NCBI GenBank assembly: GCA_951406725.2
Contig: OX597840.1
Coordinates: 22,506,001-22,570,000 of the forward strand
Source: Octopus vulgaris
Lineage: Eukaryota
Direction: 5' to 3'
Length of the DNA stretch: 64,000 bases
How positions within the stretch are numbered: position 1 is the first letter of the stretch; every line of letters begins with the position of its first letter. Made by a program: the position numbers and the translations under genes. A model generated the notes under the pieces. The model worked only from the letters and a program-made list of their open reading frames with translations. It was not told where the DNA came from and searched no databases. This document shows, in pieces, positions 1 to 12,257 of the stretch.

Positions 1-390
1 TATTTCACAGTGGAGGTGAGGACAGTATTAGGTGTTGTATATAGACAGACACATAGTTTCTAACTGTGCACAGACTATATTCTTTATTATGTCATTACTG
101 CACCTAATCACCTGCATATACCACTTCAGTATCATCCATCCACTTCACTGCTACATTGCAGCTGCACTTAGTCACCTGCATATATCACTGCAGTATTATC
201 CACCTACCTCCCTGATTCATCATTGCTGCACTTAGTCACCTGCATGTACCACTGAAGTAACATACCCACAACTATGCTATGCTATTACAGCACTCACTCA
301 CCTTTTGTATCAAACATGTTTTCTTTCTTCCAAAAGCTGCAAATGTGTTGCTGCATTATCAGTGTTGATAAGATCAGATAGATAAATATC

Positions 391-905
391 CATCCATCAT
401 TCGCAGGCCGACAACCTGCCCGTCACCCGCAGGCCGGCAACCCGTCCATCACCCGCAGGCTGTCACCTGCAGGCCGGCAACCCACCCGTCACTCACAGAC
501 CAATAACCTGCCCATCACTCACAGACCAATGTCCATCGCTTGCAGACTGATATCCTGTCCATCACGTACAGACCAATACCTCATCCTTCACTCACAGACC
601 AATATCCATCCCTCACCCGCAGACCAATATCCTATCCATCACACATAGGCCAATACACCATCCATCACATGCAGACCAATATCTCATCCATCACTCACAA
701 ACTGACCTCTATCCATCACCCACAAATTCATCACATCCATCATACACAAATCGATATCCATCACACACAGACCAATAGCCATCATATGAAGGCCAACACA
801 GACCAATGTTCATCCCCCATAAATCTACAATATTCATCACCTGCAGGTCCACCATATCCATCCTATGGAGACCAATATCTATCACACACCGATCAATATC
901 CATGA
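391..905. repeat. Degenerate ~26-bp minisatellite (CCATCACNCACAGACCAATA-type)
   Basis: Recurrent ccatcac(c/t)c(g/a)cag(g/a)cc units, GC-rich on the left and AT-richer on the right. The overlapping ORFs only echo the repeat. Confidence 0.7.
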
Positions 906-2599
906 CACACAAAGATCTATATTCACCTCCAATATTTCCAACACTGTAAAATCATGCTAAGCCTCAGAGCATCATTATTAGTAATACAGCACTACTATGA
1001 AGGAGCCACAGAATGTCACAGGAAATTCATCACTCACAAAGCTGTAATAACTGGAGTAATGCTATATGTTGTTCTCCATCCTATTCTTAATATGAGTATG
1101 TGCAGTAAATGAGTGGTATTAATAAAATGTGCTTGCCATTTCTATCTTGAGAACAGTTTTGGTGTTCTACATTGATAACATTAGTGAACTGTAAAAAATT
1201 TGAACTTACTGGATTACCTACTCTATTTTCTATTACCACATGTCATCATTTTACTTGGCTGAGCAAATTACTGAAGTAGACATATTGAAGATGTATTGAA
1301 GCAACACACATATGAATAGAAGCTGTATAGTTTGATCACTTTGTGAGGAAGCCACCCTCCTACTTTATTTTTTCAGAATAACCAGCTGGCAGCATTAAAC
1401 AACCTGCTGATTTTTATAACAATTACAAACAGAGGACACTCAATGATTATAAGTGGTTTCCACTGTTTATACATACAAACACATACACAAATATACAAGG
1501 GCTGACCTGGGACTAAAAAAAACAGTAAGGAATAATATATTAGATAATGTAGTCCTAAATACCACAATGTATCAATATAGAATAACAGACTTAACTGGAG
1601 TACACTTCATCATAAATATGCTAACCTGGAGCATATAACAAAACTATAAAGCAGAAGGAACACATTAGATAATGTAGCCACAAAAACATCAGACAAGATA
1701 GTCACAGTTGGAACATTTTTAGAGCTGACCTGGAGCTGAACAACAATTACCAACCATCTAATACCCAATATAAATTTCAGTCTTAATACCAAACCAACCA
1801 CCTAATACCTATTATAACCTTCAGTCTTAATACCAAATTACATCAGTCAAGCATTTCCTTATCACCATAGGGCCCTGTAAGACAGTGTACATATTCATTC
1901 ATAGAGAAACATTGAAATAAAACAAAAAATAAATACAAACACAAATAATGAAATAAAGACAATCCTGCAAATAAATTTTTTAAAAATTCTATTAACTTTA
2001 CTGTTGTCTCCAGTATCAATAACACCATCTATCCTTCCCACTCCTGTATCAACACCTCTGCAAGCTCTTTTGCAGTAAAATGCAATTAGAATGGTGCAGT
2101 TAGCTGAAATTTTTTGTCAAAGACTTAGTGTTTGAAATTGGCAAACATTCCTAAACCAATTATGGAGACGGAAAAAGAAAGGAAATTGGTTTTGTATCTT
2201 GCTGCAATATGAAAAGATTTCAGTAGCAACACCTTGCAGCACAATTTTGCAGAATTCACAAATACATTGAAAATTTGTTATTTATTAAATATGCCGTTTC
2301 AAAGAGAACAGGATAAAACCTTCCCTTCCCCTTTCCCCCATAGCCAAGGAAGATACTTTAGTGGATGAAAAGCAAGATGAGAGACTGTGATACAAATGAC
2401 ATGATTAAAAGTGATGTGGATTATTAATAATAAAAGAACAAGTAGGAAAGGTTTCCAAGACTGAAGTAGGGGGGAGATTGATTTGAAAGTTTAATAGAAT
2501 AAAAAAAAACATTTACTTTCAAAGAAAATTGTATTAACTGCCATAAATAACAGTGTAATATATAGATTTCTGTTAAAGCATTTCTTTGATGTGGTGCTG

Positions 2600-3210
2600 G
2601 TTGTTTAACCCCAGGTTAGTCCTGGCCAAGCAGATCTATCAAAGACATGCCAGCTGTGATCATCCAGTCTTTTCATATGCAGTTCACTTGGACAAATTTG
2701 AAGGAAGTATGGCTGCTATTACTAACAAGTTAAGTGATGATAGAAAGGCTCCCTCATTCACTCTGTAATATGCTTTCTAGCTTGATGTTGCCACTAAAAG
2801 GAAAAGCATTAACCCACAAGTTCTCACCCTGCACTTCATAACTGAAGAACTTAGAATAGATTAAAGAGTTAATTATTGTTCCTATTTCAAAGTTATTTCA
2901 TGCCACTTATGTTGTAGTTTAGCCCCAGGATTACTTTGATATAGCAGATCTATGATCAAAGACTTTCAGCAGCGATCATACTATCTTTTATTCAGACATA
3001 TTACATCTAAGACTACATTATGTAATGAGTTCTTCCTTCATAATGTTGTTTGACCCCAGGTCAGCCCTAATGAAGTAGGCCTATAATTAAACAAGTTTCA
3101 GATATGTCCATCATGCTTTGTATATTTAATATTACATTATCCAATGTATCCCATTTTAGGGAGATTTGGTTATTTCTAGTAGTTGAACAACCAAATAAAT
3201 GGCTTCTTGT
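2600..3210 (+). repeat. Three decayed copies of a short interspersed repeat (gttgtttaaccccagg...gcagatctat...tttggctgctatttctag family)
   Basis: Similar blocks begin near 2600, 2911 and 3044. The tttggctgctatttct motif recurs near 2710 and 3165 and, reversed, in 10962-11378. Confidence 0.55.
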
Positions 3211-3419
3211 TGATTCATTTTTGCTCATATTGATAGAATAAAGAAGAGGTGTGAATATCACAACTTCCCATTCCTGCAGAACCTATCCAAGAATATTACA
3301 TTAAAACAATAAAAATACATTCATTCTTAAAGAAATTATTTGAAATCTGAACACATTACTTTCTTGTTTTTTTTTCTTTGTTAATTAAAGAGAGTTGTAT
3401 TAATTACTTTATATTCCAG

Positions 3420-3556
3420 ACTTGAAACAACAACCAAAAGAGGCAATTGGCCCTTTATTTGGTTAGAAATGAGAACTGTTATGATCTCCCTTTGCATTCT
3501 TGCAACTGGTCTTGGTATAAGCCTTGTGGTAATTCTCAGCATGAAGAACCAGAAAG
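3420..3556 (+). CDS. Internal exon encoding a single transmembrane helix of an unidentified single-pass membrane protein
   Basis: Pyrimidine-rich acceptor ttccAG (3418-3419) and consensus donor AAG|GTAAGT (3557). The 137-nt open frame reads LETTTKRGNWPFIWLEMRTVMISLCILATGLGISLVVILSMKNQK, a ~20-aa hydrophobic stretch followed by basic residues. Confidence 0.6.
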
Positions 3557-4495
3557 GTAAGTCAGAAGACATGAATATTAACAGGTTTTGTTACTTCATA
3601 GAAAAGGCAGAGTTACCACAATTCCAAGTTCAAATCTTACAGAGCTTGACTTTGTCTTTCATCCTTGTAATAGTTAGAATAAATCTCAAGGATATATTAC
3701 AGATCAGTTCAATCAACAGCCATAACAAAAAGTGGCTTTATGTTGAATTAAAATCTATGTTGTTAATCCTATAACATTTAAACTGGCTAAATCAGGTTAA
3801 TGATATGGCCACTTCTTAAAACTAGCCACAGTTGGTTTCATGAAATGGAACTGCCAATCTAGATGTATAAGATATCCAGATTGAAAACTGGCAGATAGCC
3901 ATTTGCTTTAAATACAAACATCTATTCTTTATACTTTTCAAACTGAGATTGTAGGTTTTTAGCTGAATAAATAATCATATCATGAGGTACTGGTTGTGTG
4001 ATTAAGACATTCACAATCACTTAGTTTTGAATTCAGTCCCACTGTGCAGTACTTTGAGCAAGTACATTTTACAATGGCTCTGGGCTGATCAAAGCCTCAT
4101 GAGTAAATTCGTTGGTAAAAACTGAAAAGATACTAGTACATGTGTTTTGATAAAACATACCACTAAACATACTCATCATCATTATTTTACATCCACTTTC
4201 AATGCTGGCACGAGATGGACAGGATTCACCTGAGCTCCAATGTCTCAGTTTTCATTTCCAGTGGCCTAACGTGTAAAAATTTAGTCCAAAGACTATGTAT
4301 TAGTCATAACATACAATGTACATTTAAACACATAAGGAATCCACTCGTGAGATTTAACACGCTAGAAAGAACAGCTAGGTTCTATGACCACAAAAATTAG
4401 GGATAAAATTTGATAGGAACAAAATGAAAAAATTAAAATATTTTACCATCAAGTTTCCTGGACCAATTGGTATATATATATATATATATATATAT

Positions 4496-4631
4496 CATCA
4501 TCATCATTGTTTAACGTCCGCTTTCCATGCTGGCATGGGTTGTACGTTTTGACTGAGGACTGGCAAGCCAGATGGCTGCACCAGGCTCCAATCTGATTTG
4601 GCAGAGTTTCTACAACTGGATGCCCTTCCTA
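4496..4631 (-). mobile_element. 3' terminal fragment of RTE-clade LINE with (TGA)n tail
   Basis: Reverse complement of the LINE 3' end at ~18240-18372 (aagggcatccag...ggacgttaaacgatgatgatg). Confidence 0.8.
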
Positions 4632-5550
<919 letters not shown>

Positions 5551-6952
5551 TATATATATATATATTTTTTTTTTTTCATATATACGACAAGCTTTTTTTC
5601 TGTTTCCGTGTACCAAATCCACTCACAAAGCTTTGGTCTGTCCGAGGCTATATTAGAACACTTGCCATTGGTTTCTGAACCAGAAACCATGTCTTTGGTA
5701 AGCAATATACTTACCACAAACCACTCCTACGACTATATATTTACATATGCATGCAGTCCTCTTTCAGCTTCCGTCTAGAAACCCACTCACAAGGCTTTGG
5801 TCGGCACGAGGCTATAGTAGAAAATACTTGCACAAGGTGCCACGCAGTGGGACTGAACCCCGAACCATGTGGTTAGTAACCAAGCTACTTCCCATACAGA
5901 AATCATGTTTGTTAAACTAACAAGTTCAACATGAGCTCTGATTGGTTGTATGCAAATGAGTTCATTAATGGGGTCTGGAAGTCTCGTGGGTGAAACAGAC
6001 TTTCGCGGTTGGGTCACATTAGCCGATGCGACCACCTTGGGTATGTGTGGACTGTGCTCACACACGCACAAATACCCACACTTCCGCACTCATGCAACAT
6101 AGATACATGCAACGACGCAAACTCGTAGCTATTTATGTTTTAAATATGTTGACCTTAAAACCGTGACATTCTGAAGAAATTGTATGAGTGTCTGGGTCAG
6201 CCAATATGTGTGCTTTCATCTCTGTGTCTGTTTGCGCGCGCGCTTGTCTGTGAGAGTGTTTGCTCATGAACCGCAATGTGCTGGGTTCAATCCAACAGCG
6301 TGGCGCCTTCGGCAAGTGTATTCAACTATACCCACGGGCCGACCAAAGTATTCTAAGTGGAGTTGGTAGAGGGAAACTGAAAGGAGCCCGTCGTATATAT
6401 GAATATCAGCGCAGGAATGGCTATGTGGTAAGTAGTTTGCTTACGAACCACATGGTATCAGTTTCATCCCACTGCCTGGCATCTTGTACAATTGTCTTCT
6501 ACTGTAGCCCCGGGCCGACCAAATCCTTGTGATTGGATTTGGTGGAAGGAAACTAAAAAAATCCCGTCGTATATATGTTTATATATGTATGTGTTTGTTC
6601 GCACTGGAAGGGCCCACGAGCAAACACGCACGAACCATCAGACATACAAATGCAAGTATTCTTACAAGTGAAAGAACTCCCGTTAATCCATTACAGTTTC
6701 GTGTTCATTACCACTGCCTGGCATCTTATGCAATTGTCTTGTACTATAGGCCCGGGCCGACCAAAGCCTTGTGATTGGATTTGGTGGAAGGAAACTAAAA
6801 TAATCCCGTCGTATACATGTTTATATATAGTCTTTAGTCGAGCAGATCGTCCGCAGCACTTCTTCTTTGTAAGCCTAGTATTTATACTAACTTATTCTCT
6901 TTTGCCGAACTGGTAAAATATAGGGAGTAAAACACACCAGCATCGGTAAAAA

Positions 6953-7204
6953 ACATCAACAACTACAGTCAATCGAAGATAACGACCAAACTGTCTACTC
7001 TTATCCACCAGTTCCAACAAGATTTAACAAAAAAGAAGACAAATTGCTTGACTAGATTTGATTGCAAAGCCAGTAACGTCTGTGGACTTCCCAAAATCTA
7101 CAAAATTTAGTCCATAAACGAAACCTGTAACAAGTTAACTTCTATAGTCATAAATATTCCACACCCGAGAGATCTTCGAATGAGGCCAATTATGGCCGAT
7201 CCAG
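6953..7204 (+). pseudogene. Penelope-like element reverse transcriptase fragment
   Basis: Translates as ...LTKKKTNCLTRFDCKASNVCGLPKIYKI*SINETC...PHPRDLRMRPIMADP. This matches the GLPKxHK...LRPI motif at the start of the Penelope RT domain and contains an in-frame stop. Confidence 0.7.
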
Positions 7205-7614
7205 GTATGTAGATACGGGGGGGGGGGGGGCATTGGGTGCTTAGCACTCCCAGTTAGAATAACATTATCGCCATCTGAGAAAAATATTAGCAATATCTGA
7301 AATCGCTAAATATGCAATAAATTGAACTTCTTTTCATTTAGTAGTTAGTGATCTGCAAATATGGGTAGTTTAGAGATGCTTAAAGTGTTTGTTGTAGCTG
7401 TAATTGTCGCACACACAAAAACGAATAAACACACACAGTCGCTCACACACACGTACACACAGAAATAAAAACACTCGCACACATACACACACACAAACAC
7501 TGAAATGAAAATACCCACACACACTTTCACACACTCACACACACATAAATAAAAACAGTCCCACGCACAAAAACACTGAAAAAAAACACTCACACGCACA
7601 CACACACTCACATA

Positions 7615-7674
<60 letters not shown>

Positions 7675-7869
7675 AATGAAAATACACAGCTACACATACA
7701 AACACTCACACACACGGACAAACACATACATGAAAACACTCACTCACACACACTCACACATGCACAAACACACACACACATAGAAATGAAAATACAGTTA
7801 CGCATCCAAACACTCACACACGCCCAAACTGAAAGAAGAGTGTCGTATATATGTATATGTAAATATATA

Positions 7870-8266
7870 GGCGTAAGAGTGGCTGTGTGGTATGTAGCTT
7901 GCTGCCCAACCACATGGCTTTTGGTTCAGTCCCACTACGTTGCACTGCGGGCAAGTGTCTTCTAATATAGCCTCGGACAAACCAAAGTTTCTGAGTGGGT
8001 TTGGTACACGGAAATAGAAAGAAGCCCGTCGAATATATGAATATATATATATATATGTATGTTTGTGTGTGTATGTTTATGTGTCCCCAAAACCGCTCCA
8101 CAACTGATGCTGGTGTGTTTACGCTCCCGTAAATTAGCGGTTCGGCAAAGAGGACAAATGGAATAATACTAGACTTAGAAAGAATAAGTCCTGGTGTGGA
8201 TTTGCACGACAAAAGGCGGTGCTCCAGCAGAGGCACAGTCAACTGACGCAAACAAGAAAAAGAGTA
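7870..8266 (+). mobile_element. Full-length tRNA-derived SINE (octopus-type)
   Basis: Head ggcgtaagagtggctgtgtgg (A-box-like) and ggttcagtccc (B-box-like), central TA/TG microsatellite, 3' half ending aaacaagaaaaagagt. Collinear with 27352-27747. Confidence 0.8.
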
Positions 8267-8304
8267 CTTGTGTATGTGTCACCTCTTCATTATTCTACAA
8301 AATA

Positions 8305-8528
8305 CCTTGTAGAGTTACATCCCTTGCATATTATAATTGAATAACATTACTAACATAATTATATGCTAGGGAAATAACTCTAGAATGCATATTGTAGTTA
8401 ACTATATAATTAAGATATAACTACAAATTATATTCTTCAGTTAGTTCCCTTGCATATTTATTATTGTTATTAAATTATATGCAAGGGAAGTAACTCTAGA
8501 TATATTTTGTCGTTATCTCCCCTAAATA
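8305..8528. repeat. Imperfect fold-back (inverted) repeats built on AGTTAYNTCCCTTG / CAAGGGAAGTAACT
   Basis: tagagttacatcccttgcata ... tatgctagggaaataactcta, and agttcccttgcatat ... atatgcaagggaagt. Paralogous blocks lie near 38.95, 41.28, 43.56, 48.59 and 50.45 kb. Confidence 0.6.
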
Positions 8529-8924
8529 TGTAGTTCTCTTACAGGGTAAATGTTTTTAAATTTTCTCCTGGTTTACTGAATTAACTTTTATTTGCGGTTG
8601 AAGCTTTGGCTGTTATTTCTAGTGGGTGAATGGCCTATTATGGCCGTTCCTTTATTGTTGATGTTGAACTTAAAAATGGTCTATGACTATTTTAATTTTT
8701 TCCTACTAGGCCGCTGGTGGCAAAAGAATTCTACAAAATGTTTTTTGCCACCCTATATTGATTAATTATGAATTTTCTGGTTAATTCCGTAATGGAATCG
8801 ACGGCTTATATTTATTTGCTGCCGATAAATTTGGCGCGAGTGCGACGATTTGAAAATTTTAGGTCAGATATTAACTTGGCAACGTCGGAAATGCCTCGTG
8901 AAAATATCTGTTCCGTCTTGGGCT

Positions 8925-9031
8925 ATTTCTTACTGATGAATCTGAGAGCCTGTGGAAGATTGGCTTGATTTAATTTAATCAGGTTAGTTTACCATTAATC
9001 AGCAGATGAAACGGTATATCGTATAAGAAAT
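8925..9031 (+). ncRNA. Type I hammerhead ribozyme, copy 1
   Basis: Stem I ATTTCTTA (8925-32) / TAAGAAAT (9024-31). CTGATGA at 8933-39. Stem II ATCTG (8940-44) / CAGAT (9003-07) with a long insert. GAAA at 9008-11. Stem III A-CGG-TATA-TCG-T. GUA cleavage triplet at 9021-23. Confidence 0.9.
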
Positions 9032-9416
9032 TACAGGGTAAATGTTTTAAAATTTTCTCCTGGTTTACTGAATTAACTTTTATTTGCGGTTGAAGCTTTG
9101 GCTGTTATTTCTAGTGGGTGAATGGCCTATTATGGCCGTTCCTTTATTGTTGATGTTGAACTTAAAAATGGTCTATGACTATTTTAATTTTTTCCTACTA
9201 GGCCGCTGGTGGCAAAAGAATTCTACAAAATTTTTTTTGCCACCCTATATTGATTAATTATGAATTTTCTGGTTAATTCCGTAATGGAATCGACGGCTTA
9301 TATTTATTTGCTGCCGATAAATTTGGCGCGAGTGCGACGATTTGAAAATTTTAGGTCAGATATTAACTTGGCAACGTCGGAAATGCCTCGTGAAAATATC
9401 TGTTCCGTCTTGGGCT

Positions 9417-9523
9417 ATTTCTTACTGATGAATCTGAGAGCCTGTGGAAGATTGGCTTGATTTAATTTAATCAGGTTAGTTTACCATTAATCAGCAGATG
9501 AAACGGTATATCGTATAAGAAAT
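9417..9523 (+). ncRNA. Type I hammerhead ribozyme, copy 2
   Basis: Same sequence as 8925-9031, offset by +492. Confidence 0.9.
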
Positions 9524-9908
9524 TACAGGGTAAATGTTTTAAAATTTTCTCCTGGTTTACTGAATTAACTTTTATTTGCGGTTGAAGCTTTGGCTGTTAT
9601 TTCTAGTGGGTGAATGGCCTATTATGGCCGTTCCTTTATTGTTGATGTTGAACTTAAAAATGGTCTATGACTATTTTAATTTTTTCCTACTAGGCCGCTG
9701 GTGGCAAAAGAATTCTACAAAATGTTTTTTGCCACCCTATATTGATTAATTATGAATTTTCTGGTTAATTCCGTAATGGAATCGACGGCTTATATTTATT
9801 TGCTGCCGATAAATTTGGCGCGAGTGCGACGATTTGAAAATTTTAGGTCAGATATTAACTTGGCAACGTCGGAAATGCCTCGTGAAAATATCTGTTCCGT
9901 CTTGGGCT

Positions 9909-10015
9909 ATTTCTTACTGATGAATCTGAGAGCCTGTGGAAGATTGGCTTGATTTAATTTAATCAGGTTAGTTTACCATTAATCAGCAGATGAAACGGTA
10001 TATCGTATAAGAAAT
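9909..10015 (+). ncRNA. Type I hammerhead ribozyme, copy 3
   Basis: Same sequence as 8925-9031, offset by +984. Confidence 0.9.
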
Positions 10016-10171
10016 TACAGGGTAAATGTTTTTAAATTTTCTCCTGGTTTACTGAATTAACTTTTATTTGCGGTTGAAGCTTTGGCTGTTATTTCTAGTG
10101 GGTGAATGGCCTATTATGGCCGTTCCTTTATTGTTGTAGTTCTCTTAATATATACTTTGTCGCTCTATTAC

Positions 10172-10310
10172 ACTCTTTCAGTTATTTCACTGCGGCCATG
10201 CTAGAGCACCGCCTTTAGTCGAGCAAATCAACGCCAGGACTTATTCTTTGTATGCCTAGTACTTATTATGTCGGTCTCTTTTGCATAACCGCTAAGTTAG
10301 AGTGACGTTA
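10172..10310 (-). mobile_element. 3' half of tRNA-derived SINE
   Basis: Reverse complement of the SINE tail (ctgcggccatgctagagcaccgcctttagtcgagcaaatc...ccgctaagtta). Confidence 0.75.
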
Positions 10311-10417
10311 TGTTCGATGTGTGTGAGTGTTTGATTGTGGAACTGTGTATTTTCATTTCTACGTGTGTGTGTTTGTTTGTGCGTGTGTGAGTGTGTGTGA
10401 GTATTTTCATTAGAGTC

Positions 10418-10457
<40 letters not shown>

Positions 10458-10961
10458 GGACTGCTTTCATTTATGTGCCTGCGTATTTGTATGTGTGGGT
10501 GTTTTCATTTGTGTGTGTGTGTGAGTGACTATGTGTTTTTATTTGTTTGTGTGTGTGCATGTATGTATTCATGTATATATTTATGTATATATGTATATAT
10601 GCATATATATATTTATATATATGCCCGACTTATAGGACTTATTCTTTGGAAGCCTAGCACTTATTCTAACTTTTTCTATTTTGCCGAACCGTTACGTTAC
10701 GTATGTGTGGACTGTGCTCAAACACGCACAAACACACATACGTCCGAACACACACACAGATACATGCAAAGATGCACACTTGTAGGTATTTATGCTTTAA
10801 ATATGTTGACCTTAAAAACCGTAACATTCTGAAGAAATTGTATGTGTGTGCAAGTCAGCCAATGTGAGTGGGTGTGCGTGTGTGCTTTCATTTCTGTGTC
10901 TGTGTGTGAGCGCGCATGTGTGACAGTGTTTCTAGTTCAATTTTTGTACGTGCGCGTGTAT

Positions 10962-11378
10962 ATGAGCCAATGAGGGGGACCTCTACATGGTAGCTAGACC
11001 TGGTAGAAATAGCAGCCAAATTTCCCCCAAATCACACCTTACTGTCTTATCTATGTATATATGTATGTATGAGCCTATGAGGGAGACCCCTCATGGCAGC
11101 TAGACCTGGTAGAAATAGCAGCCAAATTTCCCCCAAATCACACCTTACTGTCTTATCTATGTATATATGTATGTATGAGCCTATGAGAGAGACCCCTACA
11201 TGGCAGCTAGACCTGGTAGAAATAGCAGCCAAATTTCCCCCAAATCACACCTTACTGTCTTATCTATGTATATATATATGTATGTATGAGCCTATGAGGG
11301 AGACCCCTACATGGCAGCTAGACATGGTAGAAATAGCAGCCAAATCTCCCTCAAATCACACCTTACTGTCTTATCTTT
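10962..11378. repeat. Four tandem ~107-110-bp units derived from a short interspersed repeat
   Basis: gagcc(t/a)atgaggg...ctagacctggtagaaatagcagccaaatttcccccaaatcacaccttactgtcttatct at ~10962, 11070, 11177 and 11287. Confidence 0.9.
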
Positions 11379-12257
11379 CTGCTACTTGGATATAGGTATT
11401 ATATTCGTCGTAAAAAAACTTTCCTGTCACACACTCACGCACACGCACACACACACACACACACACGCACCCTCACACACACACACACACACGCGCACAC
11501 CCACACCCACCCACTCACACACACGCACGTTAGCTTACAATTTTATTTATATATTTGCGTGTCTGTGTGGAAAGAAGAAGTGGGAGGCAGAGTGAAAGAA
11601 TCACTCACTACAGTAAGTGAATTAGTTTCATTTTATTCGTTGCCCACTGTGTGTGTGCGTTTGCGTGTGGTGTAAACCAGACTAAGAAAAGCATTTGACA
11701 CACACACCAGAATGTGAGTTTTCTGTAAATTTTGCTTAACTGGAGTTTAAATTTTAAAAACTGGAGCTGGCATGACGCAATGCATTGTACTCTTAAAAAT
11801 GCAAGGTAAATTGTAATTGAAGAAATCCTATATTGTAGATTTGTATAACTCCCAAAGGGAGGCAGATAAAATCTGCCTTTTATAATAAGAGATACACACG
11901 ACTGGTTTTATTCATTTTCCAGGTACCCAATAGACTCAAAATGTCATGCAATGGGATAATGGTGATAATTCAGAGATTTAAAAGAAATAAGGATGATTAT
12001 AGTTGGAAGGGCAACTCTACTGAAACAAAAAGCATCAAGTCCTCAATACCTTTTGGTAGCAGCAACATTAGCATTTTGGATATAATTCATCTGTTTTTGT
12101 GGATCATAGAATCATCCATGAAGGACGTGTAGAAGTCAGTTATGTATACTAAAAAATATATCAACATCATTTAACGTCTGTCTTCCTATAACAGTTGACT
12201 ACAATGCTGCTATGCCAGTCATTGGGTATAATACCTTTCTATATATCCTGATTAACT

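Larger units (their letters stand above)
8542..10134 (+). mobile_element. Retrozyme-like element: 3.25 tandem 492-bp monomers, each full one with a hammerhead ribozyme, flanked by 13-bp TSD TGTAGTTCTCTTA
   Basis: Period of exactly 492 bp (ttacagggt at 8539, 9031, 9523, 10015). TSD at 8529-8541 and 10135-10147. Paralogous empty sites at ~39122, 41462, 48788 and 50639. Confidence 0.85.

Noticed and set aside
5949-5960. Octamer ATGCAAAT motif, recurring reversed in the macro-repeat copies
   Set aside because: Recurrence is explained by duplication of the block, and no snRNA or other target gene is visible nearby.
8768-8968. 66-aa ORF repeated three times (also 9260-9460 and 9752-9952)
   Set aside because: The repetition simply follows the tandem unit. 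It has no recognisable motif and overlaps hairpins and the ribozyme core, so it is probably incidental, although translation from a circle is not excluded.
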